This document shows, one piece after another, positions 30,001 through 45,000 of a stretch of 64,000 nt of DNA. Within the stretch, counting starts at the first letter, position 1. Each line of letters begins with the position of its first letter. The notes below the pieces were generated by a model. It searched no databases, was not told the origin of the DNA, and saw only the letters and a program-made list of their open reading frames with translations. This DNA is from Eledone cirrhosa (taxonomy: Eukaryota): positions 15,066,001-15,130,000 of the forward strand of contig OZ024744.1 in NCBI GenBank assembly GCA_964016885.1, in the 5' to 3' direction. The translations under genes were made by a program, and so were the position numbers.

Positions 30001-33000
30001 ATTATTTTAGCTATATGTAATGTATATTACTCCAGCAATATGTAATGTAGATTACTCCAGCAATATGTAATGTAGATTACTCCAGCAATATGTAATGTAT
30101 ATTACTTCAGCAATATGTAATGTAGATTACTCCAGCAATATGTAATGTATATTACTCCAGCAATATGTAATGTAGATTACTCCAGCAACATGTAGTGCAT
30201 AATACTCCAGCAATATGTAATGTATATTACTCCAGCAATATGTAATGTAGATAACTCCAGCAATATGTAATGTAGATTACTCCAGCAATATGTAATGTAT
30301 ATTACTCCAGCAATATGTAATGTATATTACTCCAGCAATATGTAATGTAGATTACTTCAGCAATATGTAATGTATATTACTTCAGCAATATGTAATGTAT
30401 ATTACTCCAGCAATATGTAATGTAGATTACTCCAGCAATATGTAATGTAGATTACTCCAGCAACATGTAATGTAGATTACTCCAGCAATATGTAATGTAG
30501 ATTACTCCAGCAATATGTAATGTATATTACTTCAGCAATATGTAATGTAGATTACTCCAGCAATATGTAATGTAGATTACTCCAGCAATATGTAATGTAG
30601 ATTACTCCAGCAATATGTAATGTAGATTACTTCAGCAATATGTAATGTAGATTACTCCAGCAATATGTAATGTAGATTACTCCAGCAATATGTAAAGTAG
30701 ATTACTCCAGCAATATGTAATGTAGATTACTCCAGCAATATGTAATGTAGATTACTCCAGCAATATGTAATGTATATTACTTCAGCAATATGTAATGTAG
30801 ATTACTCCAGCAATATGTAATGTAGATTACTTCAACAATAGATAATGTAGATTAATCCAGCAATATGTAATGTAGATTACTCCAGCAATATGTAATGTAT
30901 ATTACTCCAGCAACATGTAATGTAGATTACTCCAGCAATATCTAATGTATATTACTTCAGCAATATGCAATGTAGATTACTCCAGCAATATGTAATGTAT
31001 ATTACTCCCGCAATATGTAATGTAGATTACTCCAGCAATATGTAATGTAGATTACTCCAGCAATATGTAATGTAGATTACTTCAGCAATATGTAATGTAT
31101 ATTACTTCAGCAATATGTAATGTAGATTACTCCAGCAATATGTAATGTAGATTACTTCAGCAATAGATAATGTAGATTACTCCAGCAATATGTAATGTAG
31201 ATTACTCCAGCAATATGTAATGTAGATTACTCCAGCAATATGTAATGTATATTACTTCAGCAATATGTAGTGCATATTACTCCAGCAATATGTAATGTAT
31301 ATTACTCAAGCAATATGTAATTTAGATTACTCCAGTAATATGTAATGTATATTACTCCAGCAATATGTAATGTAGATTACTTCAGCAATATGTAATGTAT
31401 ATTACTCCAGCAATATATAATGTAGATTACTCCAGCAATATGTAATGTAGATTACTCCAGCAATATGTAATGTATATTACTCCAGCAATATGTAATGTAG
31501 ATTACTCCAGCAACATGTAGTGCATATTACTCCAGCAATATGTAATGTATATTACTCCAGCAATATGTAATGTAGATAACGCCAGCAATATGTAATGTAG
31601 ATTACTCCAGCAATATGTAATGTATATTACTCCAGCAATATGTAATGTATATTACTCCAGCAATATGTAATGTAGATTACTTCAGCAATATATAATGTAT
31701 ATTACTTCAGCAATATGTAATGTATATTACTCCAGCAATATGTAATGTATATTACTCCAGCAATATGTAATGTATATTACTCCAGCATTATGTAATGTAG
31801 ATTACTTCAGCAATATGTAATGTATATTACTCCAGCAACATGTAATGTATATTACTCCAGCAATATGTAATGTAGATTACTCCAGCAATATGTAATGTAT
31901 ATTACTTCAGCAATATGTAATGTAGATTACTCCAGCAATATGTAATGTAGATTACTTCAGCAATATGTAATGTAGATTACTCCAGCAATATGTAATGTAT
32001 ATTACTCCAGCAATATGTAATGTAGATTACTCCAGCAATATGTAGTGCATATTACTCCAGCAATATGTAATGTATATTACTCCAGCAATATGTAATTTAG
32101 ATTACTCCAGCAATATGTAATGTAGATTACTCGAGCAATATGTAATGTAGATTACTCCAGCAACATGTAATGTAGATTACTCCAGCAATATGTAATGTAG
32201 ATTACTCCAGCAATATGTAATGTATATTACTTCAGAAATATGTAATGTAGATTACTCCAGCAATATGTAATGTAGATTACTCCAGCAATATGTAATGTAG
32301 ATTACTCCAGCAATATGTAATGTAGATTACTTCAGCAATATGTAATGTAGATTACTCCAGCAATATGTAATGTAGATTACTCCAGCAATATGTAATGTAG
32401 ATTACTCCAGCAATATGTAATGTAGATTACTCCAGCAATATGTAATGTAGATTACTCCAGCAATATGTAATGTATATTACTTCAGCAATATGTAATGTAG
32501 ATTACTCCAGCAATATGTAATGTAGATTACTTCAGCAATAGATAATGTAGATTACTCCAGCAATATGTAATGTAGATTACTCCAGCAATATGTAATGTAT
32601 ATTACTCCAGCAACATGTAATGTAGATTACTCCAGCAATATCTAATGTATATTACTTCAGCAATATGCAATGTAGATTACTCCAGCAATATGTAATGTAT
32701 ATTACTCCAGCAATATGTAATGTAGATTACTCCAGCAATATGTAATGTAGATTACTCCAGCAATATGTAATGTATATTACTTCAGCAATATGTAATGTAG
32801 ATTACTCCAGCAATATGTAATGTAGATTACTTCAGCAATAGATAATGTAGATTACTCCAGCAATATGTAATGTAGATTACTCCAGCAATATGTAATGTAG
32901 ATTACTCCAGCAATATGTAATGTAGATTACTTCAGCAATATGTAATGTAGATTACTCCAGCAATATGTAATGTAGATTACTCCAGCAATATGTAATGTAG

Positions 33001-36000
33001 ATTACTCCAGCAATATGTAATGTAGATTACTCCAGCAATATGTAATGTAGATTAGTCCAGCAATATGTAATGTATATTACTCCAGCAATATGTAATGTAT
33101 ATTATTTCAGCAATATGTAATGCAGATTACTTCAGCAATATGTAATGTAGATTACACCAGCAATATGTAAGGCATATTATTCTAGCAACATGTAATGTAG
33201 ATTACTCCAGCAATATGTAATGTAGATTACTTCAGCAATATGTAATGTAGATTACTCCAGCAATATGTAATGTATATTACTCCAGCAATATGTAATGTAG
33301 ATTACTCCAGCAATATGTAATTTAGATTACTCCAGCAATATGTAATGTATATTACTCCAGCAATATGTAATGTAGATTACTCCAGCAATATGTAATTTAG
33401 ATTACTCCAGTAATATGTAATGTATATTACTCCAGCAATATGTAATATAGATTACTCCAGCAATATGTAATGTAGATTACTTCAGCAATATGTAATGTAG
33501 ATTACTTCAGCAATATGTAATGTAGATTACTCCAGCAATATGTAATGTAGATTACTCCAGCAATATGTAATTTAGATCACTCCAGCAATATGTAATGTAT
33601 ATTACTCCAGCAATATGTAATGTAGATTAGTCCAGCAATATGTAATGTTTATTACTCCAGCAATATGTAATGTATATTATTTCAGACAATATGTAATGCA
33701 GATTACTCCAGCAATATGTAATGTAGATTACTTCAGCAATATGTAATGTAGATTACTCCAGCAATATGTAATGTATATTACTCCAGCAATATGTAATGTA
33801 TATTACTCCAGCAATATGTAATTTAGATTACTCCAGCAATATGTAATGAATATTACTCCAGCAATATGTAATGTAGATTACTTCAGCAATATGTAATGTA
33901 TATTACTCCAGCAATATGTAATGTAGATTACTCCAGCAATATGTAATGTAGATTACTCCAGCAATATGTAATGTAGATTACTCCAGCAATATGTAATGTA
34001 TATTACTTCAGCAATATGTAATGTAGATTACTCCAGCAATATGTAATGTATATTACTCCAGCAATATGTAATGTAGATTACTCCAGCAATATGTAGTGCA
34101 TATTACTCCAGCAATATGTAATGTAGATTACTCCAGCAATATGTAATGTAGATTACTTCAGCAATATGTAATATAGATTACTCCAGCAATATGTAATGTA
34201 GATTACTTCAGCAATATGTAATATAGATTACACCAGCAATATGTAATGTAGATCACTCCAGCAATATGTAATGTAGATTACTCCAGCAATATGTAATGTA
34301 GATTACTCCAGCAATATGTAATATAGATTACTCCAGCAATATGTAATGTAGATTACTTCAGCAATATGTAATATAGATTACTCCAGCAATATGTAATGTA
34401 GATCACTCCAGCAATATGTAATGTAGATTACTCCAGCAATATGTAATGTAGATTACTCCAGCAATATGTAATGTAGATTACTCCAGCAATATGTAATGTA
34501 TATTACTCCAGCAATATGTAATGTGTATTACTCCAGCAATATGTAATGTAGATTACTCAAGCAATATGTAATGTAGATTACTCCAGCAATATGTAATGTA
34601 GATTACGCCAACAATATGTAATGTATATTACTCCAGCAATATGTAATGTGTATTACTCCAGCAATATGTAATGTAGATTACTCCAGCAATATGTAATGTA
34701 TATTACTCCAGCAATATGTAATGTAGATTACTCCAGCAATATGTAATTTAGATTACTCCAGCAATATGTAATGTATATTACTCCAGCAATATGTAATGTA
34801 GATTACTCCAGCAATATGTAATTTAGATTACTCCAGTAATATGTAATGTATATTACTCCAGCAATATGTAATATAGATTACTCCAGCAATATGTAATGTA
34901 GATTACTTCAGCAATATGTAATGTAGATTACTTCAGCAATATGTAATGTAGATTACTCCAGCAATATGTAATGTAGATTACTCCAGCAATATGTAATTTA
35001 GATCACTCCAGCAATATGTAATGTATATTACTCCAGCAATATGTAATGTAGATTAGTCCAGCAATATGTATTGTTTATTACTCCAGCAATATGTAATGTA
35101 TATTATTTCAGACAATATGTAATGCAGATTACTCCAGCAATATGTAATGTAGATTACTTCAGCAATATGTAATGTAGATTACTCCAGCAATATGTAATGT
35201 ATATTACTCCAGCAATATGTAATGTATATTACTCCAGCAATATGTAATTTAGATTACTCCAGCAATATGTAATGAATATTACTCCAGCAATATGTAATGT
35301 AGATTACTTCAGCAATATGCAATGTATATTACTCCAGCAATATGTAATGTAGATTACTCCAGCAATATGTAATGTAGATTACTCCAGCAATATGTAATGT
35401 AGATTACTCCAGCAATATGTAATGTATATTACTTCAGCAATATGTAATGTAGATTACTCCAGCAATATGTAATGTATATTACTCCAGCAATATGTAATGT
35501 AGATTACTCCAGCAATATGTAGTGCATATTACTCCAGCAATATGTAATGTAGATTACTCCAGCAATATGTAATGTAGATTACTTCAGCAATATGTAATAT
35601 AGATTACTCCAGCAATATGTAATGTAGATTACTTCAGCAATATGTAATATAGATTACTCCAGCAATATGTAATGTAGATCACTCCAGCAATATGTAATGT
35701 AGATTACTCCAGCAATATGTAATGTAGATTACTCCAGCAATATGTAATATAGATTACTCCAGCAATATGTAATGTAGATTACTTCAGCAATATGTAATAT
35801 AGATTACTCCAGCAATATGTAATGTAGATCACTCCAGCAATATGTAATGTAGATTACTCCAGCAATATGTAATGTAGATTACTCCAGCAATATGTAATGT
35901 AGATTACTCCAGCAATATGTAATGTATATTACTCCAGCAATATGTAATGTGTATTACTCCAGCAATATGTAATGTAGATTACTCAAGCAATATGTAATGT

Positions 36001-39000
36001 AGATTACTCCAGCAATATGTAATGTAGATTACTCCAGCAATATGTAATGTAGATTACTCCAGCAATATGTAATGTAGATTACTCCAGCAATATGTAATGT
36101 ATATTACTTCAGCAATATGTAATGTAGATTACTCCAGCAATATGTAATGTAGATTACTCCAGCAATATGTAATGCAGATTACTTCAGCAATATGTAATAT
36201 AGATTACTCCAGCAATATGTAGTGCATATTACTCCAGCAATATGTAATGTAGATTACTCCAGCAATAAGTAATGTAGATTACTTCAGCAATATGTAATAT
36301 AGATTACTCCAGCAATATGTAATGTAGATCACTCCAGCAATATGTAATGTAGATTATTCCAGCAATATGTAATGTAGATTACTCCAGCAATATGTAATGT
36401 AGATTACTCCAGCAATATGTAATGTAGATTACTCCAGCAATATGTAATGTATATTACTCCAGCAATATGTAATGTATATTACTCCAGCAATATGTAATGT
36501 ATATTACTCCAGCAATATGTAATGTATATTACTTCAGCAATATGTAATGTAGATTACTTCAGCAATATCTAATGTAGATTACTCCAGCAATATGCAATGT
36601 AGATTACTCCAGCAATATGTAATGTAGATTACTCCAGCAATATGTAATGTAGCTTACTCCAGCAATATGTAATGCATATTACTCCAGCAATATGTAATGT
36701 AGATTACTACAGAAATATGTAATGTAGATTAGTCCAACAATATGTAATGTCGATTACTCCAGCAATATGTAATGTAGATTACTCCAGCAATATGTAATGT
36801 AGATTACTCCAGCAATATGTAATGTAGATTACTCCAGCAATATGTAATGTAGATTACTCCAGCAATATGTAATGTATATTACTTCAGCAATATGTAATGT
36901 AGATTACTCCAGCAATATCTAATGTATATTACTCCAGCAATATGTAATGTTGATTACTCCAGCAATATGTAGTGCATATTACTCCAGCAATATGTAATGT
37001 AGATTACTCCAGCAATATGTAATGTAGATTACTTCAGCAATATGTAATATAGATTACTCCAGCAATATGTAATGTAGATCACTCCAGCAATATGTAATGT
37101 AGATTATTCCAGCAATATGTAATGTAGATTACTCCAGCAATATGTAATGTAGATTACTCCAGCAATATGTAATGTATATTACTTCAGCAATATGTAATGT
37201 AGATTACTCCAGCAATATGTAATGTAGATTACTCCAGCAACGTGTAATGTAGATTACTCCAGCAATATGTAATGTAGATTACTCCAGCAATATGTAATGT
37301 AGATTACTCCAGCAATATGTAATGTAGATTACTCCAGCAATATGTAATGTAGATTACTCCAGCAATATGTAATGTAGATTACTTCAGCAATATGTAATGT
37401 AGATTACTCCAGCAATATGTAATGTAGATTATTCCAGCAATATGTAATGTAGATTACTCCAGCAATATGTAATGTAGATTACTCCAGCAATATGTAATGT
37501 AGATTACTCCAGCAATATGTAATGTAGATTACTCCAGCAATATGTAATGTAGATTACTCCAGCAATATGTAATGTATATTACTTCAGCAATATGTAGTGC
37601 ATATTACTCCAGCAATATGTAATGTATATTACTTAAGCAATATGTAATTTAGATTACTCCAGTAATATGTAATGTATATTACTCCAGCAATATGTAATGT
37701 AGATTACTTCAGCAATATGTAATGTATATTACTCCAGCAATATATAATGTAGATTACTCCAGCAATATGTAATGTAGATTACTCCAGCAATATGTAATGT
37801 AGATTACTCCAGCAATATGTAATGTAGATTACTCCAGCAATATGTAATGTATATTACTTCAGCAATATGTAATGTAGATTACTCCAGCAATATGTAATGT
37901 AGATTACTTCAGCAATATGTAATGTAGATTACTCCAGCAATATATAATGTATATTACTCCAGCAATATGTAATGTAGATTACTCCAGCAATATGTAGTGC
38001 ATATTACTCCAGCAATATGTAATGTATATTACTCCAGCAATATGTAATTTAGATTACTCCAGCAATATGTAATGTATATTACTCCAGCAATATGTAATGT
38101 AGATTACTTCAGCAATATGTAATGTATATTACTCCAGCAATATGTAATGTAGATTACTCCAGCAATATGTAATGTAGATTACTCCAGCAATATGTAATGT
38201 ATATTACTCCAGCAATATGTAATGTAGATTACTCCAGCAATATGTAGTGCATATTACTCCAGCAATATGTAATGTAGATTACTCCAGCAATATGTAGTGC
38301 ATATTACTCCAGCAATATGTAATGTAGATTACTCCAGCAATATGTAATGTAGATTACTTCAGCAATATGTAATATAGATTACTCCAGCAATATGTAATGT
38401 AGATCACTCCAGTAATATGTAATGTAGATTACTCCAGCAATATGTAATGTATATTATTCCAGCAATATGTAATGTAGATTACTTCAGCAATATGTAATGT
38501 AGATTACTCTAGCAACATGTAATGTAGATTACTTCAGCAATATGTAATGTATATTACTTCAGCAATATGTAATGTAGATTACTCCAGCAATATGTTATGC
38601 ATATTACTCCAGCAATATGTAATGTAGATTACTCCAGCAATATGTAGTGCATATTACTCCAGCAATATGTAATGTATATTACTCCAGCAATATGTAATGT
38701 AGATTACTCCAGCAATATGTAATGTATATTACTCCAGCAACATGTAATGTAGATTACTTCAGCAATATGTAATGTATATTACTCCAGCAATATGTAATGT
38801 AGATTACTCCAGCAATATGTAATGTAGATTACTCCAGCAATATGTAATGTATATTACTCCAGCAATATGTAATGTAGATTACTCCAGCAATATGTAATGT
38901 AGATTACTCCAGCAATATTTAATGTAGATTACTCCAGCAATATGTAATGTAGATTACTTCAGCAATATGTAATGTAGATTACTCCAGCAATATGTAATGT

Positions 39001-42000
39001 AGATTACTCCAGCAATATGTAATGTAGATTACTCCAGCAATATGTAATGCAGATTAGTCCAGCAATATGTAATGTATATTACTCCAGCAATATGTAATGT
39101 ATATTATTTCAGCAATATGTAATGCAGATTACTTCAGCAATATGTAATGTAGATTACTCCAGCAATATGTAATGTATATTATTCTAGCAACATGTAATGT
39201 AGATTACTCCAGCAATATGTAATGTAGATTACTTCAGCAATATGTAATGTAGATTACTCCAGCAATTTGTAATGTATATTACTCCAGCAATATGTAATGT
39301 AGATTACTCCAGCAATATGTAATTTAGATTATTCCAGCAATATGTAATGTATATTACTCCAGCAATATGTAATGTAGATTACTCCAGCAATATGTAATTT
39401 AGATTACTCCAGTAATATGTAATGTATATTACTCCAGCAATATGTAATATAGATTACTCCAGCAATATGTAATGTAGATTACTTCAGCAATATGTAATGT
39501 AGATTACTTCAGCAATATGTAATGTAGATTACTCCAGCAATATGTAATGTAGATTACTCCATCAATATGTAATGTATATTATTTCAGCAATATGTAATGC
39601 AGATTACTTCAGCAATATGTAATGTAGATTACTCCAGCAATATGTAATGTAGATTATTCTAGCAACATGTAATGTAGATTACTCCAGCAATATGTAATGT
39701 AGATTACTTCAGCAATATGTAATGTAGATTACTTCAGCAATATGTAATGTAGATTACTCCAGCAATATGTAATGTATATTACTCCAGCAATATGTAATGT
39801 AGATTACTCCAGCAATATGTAATGTATATTACTCCAGCAATATGTAATTTAGATTACTCCAGCAATATGTAATGTATATTACTCCAGCAATATGTAATGT
39901 AGATTACTTCAGCAATATGTAATGTATATTACTCCAGCAATATATAACGTAGATTACTCCAGCAATATGTAATGTAGATTACTCCAGCAATATGTAATGT
40001 ATATTACTCCAGCAATATGTAATGTATATTACTTCAGCAATTTGTAATGTAGATTACTCCAGCAATATGTAATGTAGATTACTCCAGCAATATGTAATGT
40101 ATATTACTCCAGCAATATGTAATATATATTACTCCAGCAATATGTAATGTAGATTACTCGAGCAATATGTAATGTATATTACTCCAGCAATATGTAATGT
40201 AGATTACTCCAGCAATATGTAATGTAGATTAATTCAGCAGTATGTAATGTAGATTACTCCAGCAATATGTAATGTAGATTACTCCAGCAATATGTAATGT
40301 ATATTACTTCAGCAATATGTAATGTATATTACTTTAGCTATATGTAATGTATATTACTCCAGCAATATGTAATGTAGATTACTCCAGCAATATGTAATGT
40401 AGATTACTTCAGCAATATGTAATGTAGATTACTCCAGCAATTTGTAATGTATATTACTCCAGCAATATGTAATGTAGATTACTCCAGCAATATGTAATTT
40501 AGATTATTCCAGCAATATGTAATGTATATTACTCCAGCAATATGTAATGTAGATTACTCCAGCAATATGTAATTTAGATTACTCCAGTAATATGTAATGT
40601 ATATTACTCCAGCAATATGTAATATAGATTACTCCAGCAATATGTAATGTAGATTACTTCAGCAATATGTAATGTAGATTACTTCAGCAATATGTAATGT
40701 AGATTACTCCAGCAATATGTAATGTAGATTACTCCATCAATATGTAATGTATATTATTTCAGCAATATGTAATGCAGATTACTTCAGCAATATGTAATGT
40801 AGATTACTCCAGCAATATGTAATGTAGATTATTCTAGCAACATGTAATGTAGATTACTCCAGCAATATGTAATGTAGATTACTTCAGCAATATGTAATGT
40901 AGATTACTTCAGCAATATGTAATGTAGATTACTCCAGCAATATGTAATGTATATTACTCCAGCAATATGTAATGTAGATTACTCCAGCAATATGTAATGT
41001 ATATTACTCCAGCAATATGTAATTTAGATTACTCCAGCAATATGTAATGTATATTACTCCAGCAATATGTAATGTAGATTACTTCAGCAATATGTAATGT
41101 ATATTACTCCAGCAATATATAACGTAGATTACTCCAGCAATATGTAATGTAGATTACTCCAGCAATATGTAATGTATATTACTCCAGCAATATGTAATGT
41201 ATATTACTTCAGCAATTTGTAATGTAGATTACTCCAGCAATATGTAATGTAGATTACTCCAGCAATATGTAATGTATATTACTCCAGCAATATGTAATAT
41301 ATATTACTCCAGCAATATGTAATGTAGATTACTCGAGCAATATGTAATGTATATTACTCCAGCAATATGTAATGTAGATTACTCCAGCAATATGTAATGT
41401 AGATTAATTCAGCAATATGTAATGTAGATTACTCCAGCAATATGTAATGTAGATTACTCCAGCAATATGTAATGTATATTACTTCAGCAATATGTAATGT
41501 ATATTACTTTAGCTATATGTAATGTATATTACTCCAGCAATATGTAATGTAGATTACTCCAGCAATATGTAATGTAGATTACTCCAGCAATATGTAATGT
41601 ATGTTACTTCAGCAATATGTAATGTAGATTACTCCAGCAATATGTAATGTATATTACTCCAGCAATATGTAATGTAGATTACTCCAGCAACATGTAGTGC
41701 ATAATACTCCAGCAATATGTAATGTATATTACTCCAGCAATATGTAATGTAGATAACTCCAGCAATATGTAATGTAGATTACTCCAGCAATATGTAATGT
41801 ATATTACTCCAGCAATATGTAATGTATATTACTCCAGCAATATGTAATGTAGATTACTTCAGCAATATGTAATGTATATTACTTCAGCAATATGTAATGT
41901 ATATTACTCCAGCAATATGTAATGTAGATTACTCCAGCAATATGTAATGTAGATTACTCCAGCAACATGTAATGTAGATTACTCCAGCAATATGTAATGT

Positions 42001-45000
42001 AGATTACTCCAGCAATATGTAATGTATATTACTTCAGCAATATGTAATGTAGATTACTCCAGCAATATGTAATGTAGATTACTCCAGCAATATGTAATGT
42101 AGATTACTCCAGCAATATGTAATGTAGATTACTCCAGCAATATGTAATGTAGATTACTCCAGCAAGATGTAATGTATATTACTTCAGCAATATGTAATGT
42201 AGATTACTCCAGCAATATGTAATGTAGATTACTTCAGCAATAGATAATGTAGATTACTCCAGCAATATGTAATGTAGATTACTCCAGCAATATGTAATGT
42301 ATATTACTCCAGCAACATGTAATGTAGATTACTCCAGCAATATCTAATGTATATAACTTCAGCAATATGCAATGTAGATTACTCCAGCAATATGTAATGT
42401 ATATTACTCCAGCAATATGTAATGTAGATTACTCCAGCAATATGTAATGTAGATTACTCCAGCAATATGTAATGTATATTCCTTCAGCAATATGTAATGT
42501 AGATTACTCCAGCAATATGTAATGTAGATTACTTCAGCAATAGATAATGTAGATTACTCCAGCAATATGTAATGTAGATTACTCCAGCAATATGTAATGT
42601 AGATTACTCCAGCAATATGTAATGTATATTACTTCAGCAATATGTAGTGCATATTACTCCAGCAATATGTAATGTATATTACTCAAGCAATATGTAATTT
42701 AGATTACTCCAGTAATATGTAATGTATATTACTCCAGCAATATGTAATGTAGATTACTTCAGCAATATGTAATGTATATTACTCCAGCAATATATAATGT
42801 AGATTACTCCAGCAATATGTAATGTAGATTACTCCAGCAATATGTAATGTATATTACTCCAGCAATATGTAATGTATATTACTTCAGCAATTTGTAATGT
42901 AGATTACTCCAGCAATATGTAATGTATATTACTCCAGCAATATGTAATGTAGATTACTCCAGCAATATGTAGTGCATATTACTCCAGCAATATGTAATGT
43001 AGATTACTCCAGCAATATGTAATGTAGATTACTTCAGCAATATGTAATGTAGATTACTCCAGCAATATGTAATGTAGATCACTCCAGCAATATGTAATGT
43101 ATATTACTCCAGCAATATGTAATATATATTACTCCAGCAATATGTAATGTAGATTACTCGAGCAATATGTAATGTATATTACTCCAGCAATATGTAATGT
43201 AGATTACTCCAGCAATATGTAATGTAGATTAATTCAGCAATATGTAATGTAGATTACTCCAGCAATATGTAATGTAGATTACTCCAGCAATATGTAATGT
43301 ATATTACTTCAGCAATATGTAATGTATATTACTTTAGCTATATGTAATGTATATTACTCCAGCAATATGTAATGTAGATTACTCCAGCAATATGTAATGT
43401 AGATTACTCCAGCAATATGTAATGTATATTACTTCAGCAATATGTAATGTAGATTACTCCAGCAATATGTAATGTATATTACTCCAGCAATATGTAATGT
43501 AGATTACTCTAGCAACATGTAGTGCATATTACTCCAGCAATATGTAATGTATATTACTCCAGCAATATGTAATGTAGATAACTCCAGCAATATGTAATGT
43601 AGATTACTCCAGCAATATGTAATGTATATTACTCCAGCAATATGTAATGTAGATTACTTCAGCAATATATAATGTATATTACTTCAGCAATATGTAATGT
43701 ATATTACTCCAGCAATATGTAATGTATATTACTCCAGCAATATGTAATGTATATTACTCCAGCATTATGTAATGTAGATTACTTCAGCAATATGTAATGT
43801 ATATTACTCCAGCAACATGTAATGTAGATTACTCCAGCAATATGTAATGTAGATTACTCCAGCAATATGTAATGTATATTACTTTAGCAATATGTAATGT
43901 AGATTACTCCAGCAATATGTAATGTAGATTACTTCAGCAATATGTAATGTAGATTACTCCAGCAATATGTAATGTATATTACTCCAGCAATATGTAATGT
44001 AGATTACTCCAGCAATATGTAATGTAGATTACTTCAGCAATATGTAATGTAGATTACTCCAGCAATATGTAATGGAGATTATTCCAGCAATATGTAATGT
44101 AGATTACTCCAGCAATATGTAATGTAGATTACTCCAGCAATATGTAATGTAGATTACTCCAGCAATATGTAATGTAGATTACTCCAGCAATATGTAATGT
44201 AGATTACTCCAGCAATATGTAATGTATATTACTTCAGCAATATGTAGTGCATATTACTCCAGCAATATGTAATGTATATTACTCAAGCAATATGTAATTT
44301 AGATTACTCCAGTAATATGTAATGTATATTACTCCAGCAATATGTAATGTAGATTACTTCAGCAATATGTAATGTATATTACTCCAGCAATATATAATGT
44401 AGATTACTCCAGCAATATGTAATGTAGATTACTCCAGCAATATGTAATGTATATTACTCCAGCAATATGTAATGTATATTACTTCAGCAATTTGTAATGT
44501 AGATTACTCCAGCAATATGTAATGTATATTACTCCAGCAATATGTAATGTAGATTACTCCAGCAATATGTAGTGCATATTACTCCAGCAATATGTAATGT
44601 AGATTACTCCAGCAATATGTAATGTAGATTACTTCAGCAATATGTAATGTAGATTACTCCAGCAATATGTAATGTAGATCACTCCAGCAATATGTAATGT
44701 ATATTACTCCAGCAATATGTAATATATATTACTCCAGCAATATGTAATGTAGATTACTCGAGCAATATGTAATGTATATTACTCCAGCAATATGTAATGT
44801 AGATTACTCCAGCAATATGTAATGTAGATTAATTCAGCAATATGTAATGTAGATTACTCCAGCAATATGTAATGTAGATTACTCCAGCAATATGTAATGT
44901 ATATTACTTCAGCAATATGTAATGTATATTACTTTAGCTATATGTAATGTATATTACTCCAGCAATATGTAATGTATATTACTCCAGCAATATGTAATGT